Source: an archaeon
Lineage (GTDB): Archaea > Nanobdellota > Nanobdellia > Pacearchaeales > GW2011-AR1
Length of the DNA stretch: 64,000 nucleotides
Direction of reading: 5' to 3'
NCBI GenBank assembly: GCA_018697295.1
Contig: JABHTJ010000002.1
Coordinates: forward strand, 28,027 to 92,026
Shown here in pieces: positions 18,900-26,200 of the stretch; within the stretch, counting starts at the first letter, position 1, and each line of letters starts with the position of its first letter. The notes under the pieces are model-generated. The model did not search any database. It had not been told where the DNA came from and worked only from the letters and a program-made list of their open reading frames with translations. A program made the translations under genes and the position numbers.

Positions 18900-19424
18900 T
18901 TACCTTATTTTCGTCCATACAATTTCATAGTATGAAATGCTCTCTTCCTCGTCTACAATTGCGATTAAGAGATTTTTTTTTGTAGAATGTGCGACTCTTG
19001 TTTTTGCAGAAAAATCTTGCCATGTCAATTTTTCTGTTTCTGAAACTGGAAAGACTAACCATTTTGAATGTGATTTATCTATTTTTTTTCCTTTCTCGTA
19101 TACTCTAAACTCTGCTCCGAATTTGAGCGCCGTTTTAACAATATGTCCTTTTTTTCTAAGGTCTGTGAAGACTGTTGATTTGAGATTAATTTTTTTATCA
19201 AGCCTTTGGAATTTTTTTATGATTTCTTCTTGTGTGAGTGGCTTATTTTTATCGTCGTAGAGTTCCATCTTTTTTTGCTCAACTAAGAAAATTGCTTCTG
19301 GAAGAGAGTATACGATTTTTTCATTTACTTTTTCTCCAAATCTCTTTACATCGAAGAGATTTTTTGCTTCCGAAGTATTTGAACTTACTTTTCCGGAGAT
19401 GAAGTTTGCTTTGATTTTTTCCAT
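18900..19424 (-). CDS. endA: tRNA-splicing endonuclease (single-unit type)
   Basis: EAIFL, DLRKKG..VKTALKFGAEFRVY, catalytic Y/H/K, RVAHSTKK; start moved to MEKIKA because the longer ORF overlaps tRNA-Gln. Confidence 0.93.
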   Translation of the reverse strand: MEKIKANFISGKVSSNTSEAKNLFDVKRFGEKVNEKIVYSLPEAIFLVEQKKMELYDDKNKPLTQEEIIKKFQRLDKKINLKSTVFTDLRKKGHIVKTALKFGAEFRVYEKGKKIDKSHSKWLVFPVSETEKLTWQDFSAKTRVAHSTKKNLLIAIVDEEESISYYEIVWTKIR

Positions 19425-19486
19425 TGTTTGTTTAAGTGAATTGTAATTATAAAGTTTTTTAAATTGAGATTTGCAGGTAATTGGAT

Positions 19487-19559
19487 AGCCCCATAGTCTA
19501 GTGGTCAAGGATGGCTGGTTCTGGGCCAGCTGACCCAGGTTCGAATCCTGGTGGGGCTA
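19487..19559 (+). tRNA. tRNA-Gln(CTG)
   Basis: AGCCCCA/TGGGGCT (archaeal A1-U72), GCTGG-TT-CTG-GG-CCAGC, CCAGG-TTCGAAT-CCTGG. Confidence 0.96.
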
Positions 19560-19570
19560 TTCAAGATATT

Positions 19571-19873
19571 ATGAAAAAAAGTTTTAACGAAAGGTGCTAT
19601 GAACTTTTGAGAAAAGTTCCTCCAGGAAATGTGACTACTTACAAAGATTTGGCACTGGCCCTTGGAACAAATGCATATCGGGCTGTTGGAAATGCGATGA
19701 ATAAAAATCCTTATGCGCCAGAAGTGCCTTGTCATAGGGTTGTGAATAGTAATGGGGATGTTGGCGGATATGCCGGTGGTGAGAACGAAAAAATTGAAAT
19801 GCTGAGTGGAGAAGGAATTGAAATTAGGGATGGAAAGATAGTTGATTTTAGGGATAAGTTATTTGTGTTTTAG
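19571..19873 (+). CDS. ogt: O6-methylguanine-DNA methyltransferase (stand-alone C-terminal domain)
   Basis: VPPGNVTTYKDLA, RAVGNAM..NP, PCHRVV active site; start moved downstream of the tRNA. Confidence 0.9.
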   Translation: MKKSFNERCYELLRKVPPGNVTTYKDLALALGTNAYRAVGNAMNKNPYAPEVPCHRVVNSNGDVGGYAGGENEKIEMLSGEGIEIRDGKIVDFRDKLFVF

Positions 19874-19925
19874 ATTTTATTTTGGTGCCATAAGTTTTAT
19901 AAAGCGAATTTTGTGAGTCTTATTT

Positions 19926-20033
19926 ATGAAAAGAAGTTCTAGAAGATGGAAGAAGAAAGGCCAGATGAGATGGAAATGGCAACGTAAGAGACTTAAGAAA
20001 GAAAAACGAAAAAGAAAACTTAAGCGTAGATAA
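19926..20033 (+). CDS. rpl41e: Ribosomal protein L41e (eL41/eS32)
   Basis: Manual translation MKRSSRRWKKKGQMRWKWQRKRLKKEKRKRKLKRR, similar to the Thermococcales long form; TATA (TTTATAA) upstream. Confidence 0.88.
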   Translation: MKRSSRRWKKKGQMRWKWQRKRLKKEKRKRKLKRR

Positions 20034-20099
20034 ATTTAATTCTTAATTTCCTTGGTTTAGCACAACAATCCTTAAAAAGTGGAAATCTTTGTTTGACTC

Positions 20100-21074
20100 A
20101 TGACAAGTAATTTTAATTCAGAGGTGTGGACAGAGAAATATCGTCCTAAGAAATTTGAAGAGATGGTGGGTCAAGAAGAGATTATTAAACGAGTTAAGGC
20201 GCTTACGACTTCGCTGAATATTCCTCATTTGCTTTTTGCGGGTCCTGCGGGGACTGGAAAGTCAACTCTTGCCTTGATTATTGTTAAGGAACTTTTTGCC
20301 GAATCTTGGAGGGAAAATTATTTAGAGCTTAATGCGAGCGATGAGCGTGGAATTGACGTTGTTCGTCAAAAAGTTAAAGATTTTGCTCGAACGAAAGCGT
20401 TAGGTGATGTTCCGTTTAAAGTAATCTTTTTAGATGAGGCAGACGCGCTTACAAGAGAGGCTCAACAAGCACTTCGGCGAACGATGGAAAATTATACTTC
20501 TACTTGCAGATTTGTCATGTCCTGTAATTATTCTTCAAAGATTCTTGATCCAATTCAATCTCGAGCAGTTGTTTTTCGATTTCAACTTTTAGAGAAAAAA
20601 GATATTAAGCGACGAGTTGATTTAATTGCTGAAAGTGAGGGTCTTAGTATTACTGCTGAAGCGTTTGACGTTTTGTATGAAGCGAGTGAAGGAGATTGTC
20701 GACGAGTGATTAATTTGTTACAGGCGACAGCTTCGATTTCTCCAAACATTACTCCCGATTTAGTAAATACTATTGTTTCAAAAGCAAAGCCGTCTGATAT
20801 AAAAATTGTTTTAGATTATGCGCTTACAGGAGACTTTAATAATTCTAGAGAAAAACTTTTAGAGATTATGTTGAAAGAATCTATTTCTGGACAAGATGTT
20901 ATTAAGGCGATTCAAAAAGAGATTTGGAATTTACCGATTGATAATATTTTGAAAGTTCGTTTGACTGAAAAAACTGGTGAGGCTGAGTTTCGATTAGTCG
21001 AGGGAAGTGACGAATTTATTCAACTAGAGGCGCTCTTGGCAGGTTTTATTTTGGCTGGTCTCGGGGAGAAGTGA
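20100..21074 (+). CDS. rfcS: Replication factor C small subunit
   Basis: WTEKYRP, GPAGTGKS, ELNASDERGIDVVR, LDEADALT. Confidence 0.97.
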   Translation: MTSNFNSEVWTEKYRPKKFEEMVGQEEIIKRVKALTTSLNIPHLLFAGPAGTGKSTLALIIVKELFAESWRENYLELNASDERGIDVVRQKVKDFARTKALGDVPFKVIFLDEADALTREAQQALRRTMENYTSTCRFVMSCNYSSKILDPIQSRAVVFRFQLLEKKDIKRRVDLIAESEGLSITAEAFDVLYEASEGDCRRVINLLQATASISPNITPDLVNTIVSKAKPSDIKIVLDYALTGDFNNSREKLLEIMLKESISGQDVIKAIQKEIWNLPIDNILKVRLTEKTGEAEFRLVEGSDEFIQLEALLAGFILAGLGEK

Positions 21075-21075
21075 G

Positions 21076-21522
21076 ATGGCAGAACCTAAAGTTGGAAGAG
21101 AGTCTCCGGGGGTTGGCGTCGGTGTTAGAATTTTGAGATATAATAATGCTCTAGAGAATTATGAGGTTTTATTTGGATTACGAAATGGTGCTCATGGGGC
21201 TGGAACTTGGAGTTTTCCTGGTGGGGAATTGGATTTCGGAGAATCTTTTGAAGAGTGTGCAATAAGAGAGGTTGAAGAAGAAACTGGACTTGAGATTAAG
21301 GCAGGATTTATTCTAGGAGTTACAAATGACGTTTTTCTAGAGGAGAATTTACATTATACTACTGTTTTTGTTGATGCAATTTATGAGGGTGGGGAGCCAA
21401 TTGTTCGTGAGCCTGAAAAATGTTCTGGGTGGGAATGGTATCAAAAAGATACTTTACCTGATAATCTTTTTCTTCCAATTAGAAATTTTATGGCCGGAGG
21501 TTATGGCTTATTTGAAAGATGA
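21076..21522 (+). CDS. Nudix hydrolase (NUDT15/MutT-like)
   Basis: GGELDFGESFEECAIREVEEETGL Nudix box; EPEKC..WEW. Confidence 0.92.
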   Translation: MAEPKVGRESPGVGVGVRILRYNNALENYEVLFGLRNGAHGAGTWSFPGGELDFGESFEECAIREVEEETGLEIKAGFILGVTNDVFLEENLHYTTVFVDAIYEGGEPIVREPEKCSGWEWYQKDTLPDNLFLPIRNFMAGGYGLFER

Positions 21523-22721
21523 TAACCTTTGATCATATTCCGTGGTGTGAAAAATATCGGGCGAAATCTTTTCAAGATATCGTTGGTCAGGATTTGGCCG
21601 TTGATAAAGTTAAATTATTTTTGCGAAGTTTTCCTAAGAAAAAAGCAATTGTACTTCATGGTCCTCCGGGGGTTGGAAAAACGAGTCTTGCTTATGCAAT
21701 TGCATTTGAAAATGATTCTGAAGTCTTAGAACTTAATGCGAGCGATCTTAGAAACAAATCAAAAATCGCAGAAATTATTGGCCCTGCAAGCCAGCAAAAA
21801 AGTTTATTTAAAAAAAATAAATTAATTTTGGTTGACGAGGTTGATGGTGTCTCTGCGATTAAGGATCGGGGAGGACTTGCAGAACTTTTAGTACTGTTAG
21901 AAAAATCTGCATTTCCAGTAATTATTACTGCGAACGATATTTGGCAAAAGAAATTTAATTTGCTTCGGAAAAAGGCAGATATTGTTGCACTTAAGGAAGT
22001 TGACTACAAAGAAGTTTTGGGAATTTTGCGGAAAATTTGTGAGAACGAAAATGTTGTTGTTTCGAGCGAAGTTTTAACATCTATTGCAATTAAGGCTCGG
22101 GGAGATATTCGGGCTTCGTTAAATGACTTGCAAATTTTATCGAATATGGATTCTCCAGAACTTGTGCAGGAGGTTGGTGAAAGAAATAAAGAACAATCAA
22201 TTTTTTCTGCCCTCCAACATATTTTCAAAAATTCTGCAATTGACGAAAAGATGCTGCGGATTTTTGACGAAATTAATATGCCTATTGATGAAATTTTTTT
22301 ATGGATTGAAGAAAACATTCCACTAGAGTATAAGGGTGAAGAACTTGCAAGGGCTTATGAATCTCTTTCTCGCGCCGATGTTTTTCGAGGACGTATAAGG
22401 CGACAGCGACACTGGCGATTTATGGTATATGAATATTTTTTGCTCGGTCCTGGAATCGCTAGCGCTAAACAATATAATCGTGCTGGATGGACTGGATATA
22501 AAAAGCCTAGCAGGATTTTGAAAATTTGGCTTCAGAATCAACGATCGTTAAAGAAAAAATCTATTTCTCAAAAATATTCTAAGTTTTGCCATATTTCCAC
22601 TAAAACTGCAATGAAAGATTTTATGCTTCTCAAGATTATCTTGCAGGATTCGAGAATTCGCAAAGATTTGAAACTTAGTGAAGAAGAAATTGCTTATTTG
22701 GATAAACCGGTTTATAATTAA
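21519..22721 (+). CDS. rfcL: Replication factor C large subunit
   Basis: PWCEKYR, GPPGVGKT, ELNASD, ILVDEVDG, WIEENIP. Confidence 0.95.
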   Translation: MITFDHIPWCEKYRAKSFQDIVGQDLAVDKVKLFLRSFPKKKAIVLHGPPGVGKTSLAYAIAFENDSEVLELNASDLRNKSKIAEIIGPASQQKSLFKKNKLILVDEVDGVSAIKDRGGLAELLVLLEKSAFPVIITANDIWQKKFNLLRKKADIVALKEVDYKEVLGILRKICENENVVVSSEVLTSIAIKARGDIRASLNDLQILSNMDSPELVQEVGERNKEQSIFSALQHIFKNSAIDEKMLRIFDEINMPIDEIFLWIEENIPLEYKGEELARAYESLSRADVFRGRIRRQRHWRFMVYEYFLLGPGIASAKQYNRAGWTGYKKPSRILKIWLQNQRSLKKKSISQKYSKFCHISTKTAMKDFMLLKIILQDSRIRKDLKLSEEEIAYLDKPVYN

Positions 22722-22746
22722 ATTTTTTCAGAAGCATTTAAATAAT

Positions 22747-22762
22747 GTTAAGTGGTGTTAAC
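22747..22762. promoter_or_regulatory. Candidate operator GTTAAG-TGGT-GTTAAC just downstream of TATA (TTTAAATA, 22737-22744)
   Basis: Near-palindrome; related sites at 23181, 45065 and 45902. Confidence 0.55.
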
Positions 22763-22765
22763 TTT

Positions 22766-23143
22766 ATGTACACATTACCTCAAGAAATAGAAGTTTGGTA
22801 TATCATTCCGGCTATACGAAGAGAACTTTCAAAAGATTTGATTAAAAGACATAAAGTGACTTATGAAAAAACAGGGAGACTTTTAGGAATTACAAAAGCT
22901 GCAGTTTCGCAATATCTTTCGAATAAACGAGCAAGAAAGATTAAGCTTCATCCAAAAGCGGAAAAAGAAATTATTAGATCTGCTCAAAGAATTATTGAAA
23001 ATAAATCTAATGCAGTAATTGAAATTCAAAAAATTTTAAAATTTATTCGAAAGAAAAAATTGCATTGCGAAGTTTGTGGAAATGTCATTGACGGCAAATT
23101 GCATAATTGTCGCCAAGTTATACCTTCCTATTTGGATGACTGA
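22766..23143 (+). CDS. HTH transcriptional regulator (COG2522-like) with C-terminal Cys/His cluster
   Basis: PQEIEVWYIIPAIRREL, LGITKAAVSQYLSNKRA HTH, HCEVC...HNC; likely leaderless start at MYTLP. Confidence 0.85.
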   Translation: MYTLPQEIEVWYIIPAIRRELSKDLIKRHKVTYEKTGRLLGITKAAVSQYLSNKRARKIKLHPKAEKEIIRSAQRIIENKSNAVIEIQKILKFIRKKKLHCEVCGNVIDGKLHNCRQVIPSYLDD

Positions 23144-23180
23144 TTTGTTAACTGTGTTTCCTAAAAGTTTATAAGGAAAA

Positions 23181-23196
23181 GTTAACGCTTGTTAAC
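23181..23196. promoter_or_regulatory. Candidate operator GTTAAC-GCTT-GTTAAC downstream of TATA (TTTATAAG, 23168-23175)
   Basis: Perfect spaced palindrome in the promoter of the DoxX gene. Confidence 0.6.
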
Positions 23197-23233
23197 ATGG
23201 ATGATTCATTATATGTGAAAGGGGGAAAAATAT

Positions 23234-23587
23234 ATGGAAAAGAAAAAAGTTTTTTTTTGGAATAGGATTTTGTTAGGTCTTGTAATGCTTATTCCTGGAA
23301 TTTTGAAGTTGGTTGCAACTCTTTCCGGAGACAATTTTGTTTCAGGTATGCTTTCAGGAATTGTTTTATTTGCTTGGGCACCATTATTTTGGGCTTGGAT
23401 TTTAATTCTCGTTGAAATTGGTGTAGGGTCTGCAATTTTATTGAACTGGAATGTAAAGAATGCTAGTTGGCTTGCGATTATCATTTTGTTAGTTGCCGCA
23501 TTTACAGTAAATCTTTCGAACCCTTCAGGAATTTTAACTCATGTTGCTCTTGCTTCGAACTATCTGATTTGGATTGCTAAGAAGTAA
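23234..23587 (+). CDS. DoxX-family membrane protein
   Basis: RILLGLVML..G..K, conserved E in LVEIGVG, four TM helices. Confidence 0.8.
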   Translation: MEKKKVFFWNRILLGLVMLIPGILKLVATLSGDNFVSGMLSGIVLFAWAPLFWAWILILVEIGVGSAILLNWNVKNASWLAIIILLVAAFTVNLSNPSGILTHVALASNYLIWIAKK

Positions 23588-23595
23588 TTTCACTT

Positions 23596-23622
23596 AGCCT
23601 CGATTAGGGGCTTTTTTTATTT
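23596..23622 (+). terminator. Hairpin plus T-tract terminator
   Basis: agcctcgattaggggct followed by ttttttattttt. Confidence 0.5.
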
Positions 23623-23720
23623 TTATTTTGTCTCGATTTTGGGACAGTTTTTATTTTTTTATTTTGATATATAGGTTCGAGTGTATATGTTTTTATTAAG
23701 GATTGTGGGTTTGATTTTTG

Positions 23721-24902
23721 ATGGCAGATTTTAAACCTTATACTATGCAATTAATTGCCACTCCAAATGGGATTAAAGATCTTCGGGGAGCTTTGAAATT
23801 TTCTCAGGATAGGGCTCGGCAATGTTATTCTTCATTATCTACGGATGAAATCGCGGTAGAAGCATATGATCCTAAATTGGTGGATCCTGAAAATGGGCGA
23901 TTAGTTAATAGTGGGCATTTGAGCGTGTTTGATCATTTTCATCTGACTTTTAATTTTAATGGACTTCCAAAACTTGGCGCAATGTTGTTTAATAATGAGC
24001 CCCCATATGCTACCTCTGAAAAATCTGCGAGATATACTCAGATGAGTGGGATGGAGCCTCGCCAAAAAGAACTTTATGATAAATGGATGGGTATTTTGGC
24101 TCCGGCAATTGAACAAGAAGGCGTTCTTATTGGTTCAAAAAATCGGGAAGTTCGTGCAAGAAAACTTGCTCAAGAAAACGCCAGATATATGACTAGTGCG
24201 TTTACTCCGACGAATATGGATTATACGATTTCTCTTCGACATCTTAATGAGATAAGGGATAAATTTGAAAGATTTATTGATTCTAATAGTGGTTCTAATG
24301 ATTTAGTTACTCAAAAATTAATTGGTGAGGTGATGATACCTTATTTGAATTCTGGGATTTTGGAAGTGTTTGGAGTAGATAAAATAAAACATAAGGGTTG
24401 TGAGGGTGTTCGTTTGTTCGGTGAGCCTATTGAAGAAAGATTTGGGAGAGATGATTTTGCTACGAATCAGTCTACGAGTCTTGCTTGTTTGGCACAAGCA
24501 CAACGACATAGAGTTTTAGAATATGCAATTACTGATGGATTACAGCAAGGTGGAAGTTTAGATATTGAAGAAGGAAAGTTTTTTATTCCGCCTATAGTAA
24601 AATATCTTGGGCTTGAAGATGAATGGCTACAAGATTTGGCAGAAGTATCAAGCTATGATCTGCCTCAGGGTCAGTTGGTGATGGCTTCGGGACGAGGAAC
24701 TATCCCTCATTTCAATACTATGGCTGATGAAAGGATTTGTGGTCCGGCACAACTTGAGATTATGGTTCGAACTGCAGAATTGGCTAGGAAAATAAATAAG
24801 GTGTCAGGTGTTGGTGTTTTAGATGTTCCTCCTTGTGTTGACAATGCTTGTGAAAAAGGCGGATGTCCAACGGGAAAAAATTCTTTGGATAGGATAATCT
24901 AA
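23721..24902 (+). CDS. thyX: Divergent two-domain flavin-dependent thymidylate synthase (ThyX/Thy1-like)
   Basis: GHLSVFDH, SEKSARYT, AQENARY, AQAQRHR, ERICGPAQLEI; adjacent to tmk/nrd/dut/dcd. Confidence 0.75.
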   Translation: MADFKPYTMQLIATPNGIKDLRGALKFSQDRARQCYSSLSTDEIAVEAYDPKLVDPENGRLVNSGHLSVFDHFHLTFNFNGLPKLGAMLFNNEPPYATSEKSARYTQMSGMEPRQKELYDKWMGILAPAIEQEGVLIGSKNREVRARKLAQENARYMTSAFTPTNMDYTISLRHLNEIRDKFERFIDSNSGSNDLVTQKLIGEVMIPYLNSGILEVFGVDKIKHKGCEGVRLFGEPIEERFGRDDFATNQSTSLACLAQAQRHRVLEYAITDGLQQGGSLDIEEGKFFIPPIVKYLGLEDEWLQDLAEVSSYDLPQGQLVMASGRGTIPHFNTMADERICGPAQLEIMVRTAELARKINKVSGVGVLDVPPCVDNACEKGGCPTGKNSLDRII

Positions 24903-25597
24903 TGAAACGGGGAAAAATTATTGTGATTGAAGGAACCGATTGCTCTGGGAAAGAAACTCAATCAAAATTATTATTTCAACGACTTGCTCAAGAAAATATT
25001 CCTTCAGAAGTAATTAGTTTTCCAAATTATCGAACACCGACTGGAAAAATTATCGGAGGTCCTTATTTGGGCAAACCAGAAATTTGTCCTTCCTGGTTTT
25101 CTCAAGGTCCGGGGCCTGTAGATCCAAAAGTTGCGTCACTTCTTTATGCTGCCGATCGGAGGTTTGCCCTCTTTGCAATAGATAAAATTTTGAATTCTGG
25201 AACTAATATTATTTTTGATAGGTATGGCTCTGCTAATCAAGGTCATCAGGGTTGAAAGATTCGAGATTCTGAAGAAAGAAAGAAACTTTATCGTGAGCTC
25301 GATTGGTTAGAACATGATTTTTGTGAACTTCCAAGACCGGACAAAACAATATTTTTGTATATGCCTTATCTTGTTGGAATGAAGCTTCGAGAAGGCAGAG
25401 AAGGTCTTGGTGATGGTCATGAGAATGATCCTGATCACCTAAGGAATGCTGAAGAAGCTTATTTGCAGTTGTCCGAGTTATATGGTTGGACTCAGATTGA
25501 TTGTGCTCCTGATGGAACGTTTGAAACTCTACGGACTCCTGAAGCAATTCAGGAAGAAGTTTTCAAAAGAGCCTTGGAAGTTTTGGTTGATGAATAA
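24902..25597 (+). pseudogene. tmk: Thymidylate kinase interrupted by a single in-frame TGA (25253-25255); pseudogene, sequencing error or readthrough
   Basis: IEGTDCSGKETQ, LYAADR, DRY..ANQGHQG*KIRD...LPRPDKTIFL...DGHE; both track ORFs are in the same frame and join into 231 codons. Confidence 0.85.
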
Positions 25598-25718
25598 TTT
25601 ACTCTCAAATTTTTTGTAATTGTAAAGTAACGTTTCCAAAAACTATACTAATCTTTAAATAGGGAAAAGAATTGAAGAACGTTGCACTACAAGGAATTGT
25701 GGTAAAATGAGGTGCGAG

Positions 25719-25734
25719 GTACCATATCTTGTAT
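25719..25734. promoter_or_regulatory. NrdR box upstream of nrdR-nrdJ
   Basis: gtaCcAtATcTtGtat resembles the acaCwAtATaTwGtgt consensus; TATA-like TTTAAATA at about 25654. Confidence 0.65.
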
Positions 25735-25758
25735 TCTTAGTAAATGACGGTATAACTT

Positions 25759-26199
25759 ATGATTTGTCCATATTGTAGCAATAGTGATACAAAAGTCACT
25801 GATAAACGAGATAGTAATGAGATAACGCGAAGAAGGCGCGAGTGTTTGAAATGTGAAAAACGGTTTACAACATATGAGCGAGTTGAACTCGATTTGAACG
25901 TTACTAAAAAAGATGGTAAGCGAGAACGATTTAATCGGGACAAATTATTTGTGGGAGTCTCTAAAAATTTAGAGAAGCGGCCGTTTACAACAGAACAAGT
26001 TGAGAAAATAGTTTCTGATATTGTTGCTCGCATTTACCGGTTTGCAAAAGATAAGGATATCCCTAGTGCAAAGATTGGAGAAATAGTTATGGCAGAATTA
26101 AAAAAAGTAGATAAAATTGCGTATGTTCGGTTTGCTTCGGTATACCGAGATTTTGCAGATATTGAAGATTTCCGAGATGAGTTGAGGGACTTGAAGTAA
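25759..26199 (+). CDS. nrdR: Transcriptional repressor NrdR
   Basis: CPYC..KVTDKR...RRRRECLKCEKRFTTYER Zn ribbon, ATP cone, AYVRFASVYRDF. Confidence 0.96.
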   Translation: MICPYCSNSDTKVTDKRDSNEITRRRRECLKCEKRFTTYERVELDLNVTKKDGKRERFNRDKLFVGVSKNLEKRPFTTEQVEKIVSDIVARIYRFAKDKDIPSAKIGEIVMAELKKVDKIAYVRFASVYRDFADIEDFRDELRDLK

Positions 26200-26200
26200 T

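Noticed and set aside
19425-19570. N-terminal extensions of the endA and ogt ORFs
   Set aside because: They run through tRNA-Gln; downstream ATGs fit the family lengths.
24902-25597. Genome-wide UGA recoding or selenocysteine in tmk
   Set aside because: TGA terminates core genes (rpoH, rfcS, rpoA), the position corresponds to Gly not Cys, and no convincing SECIS is visible.
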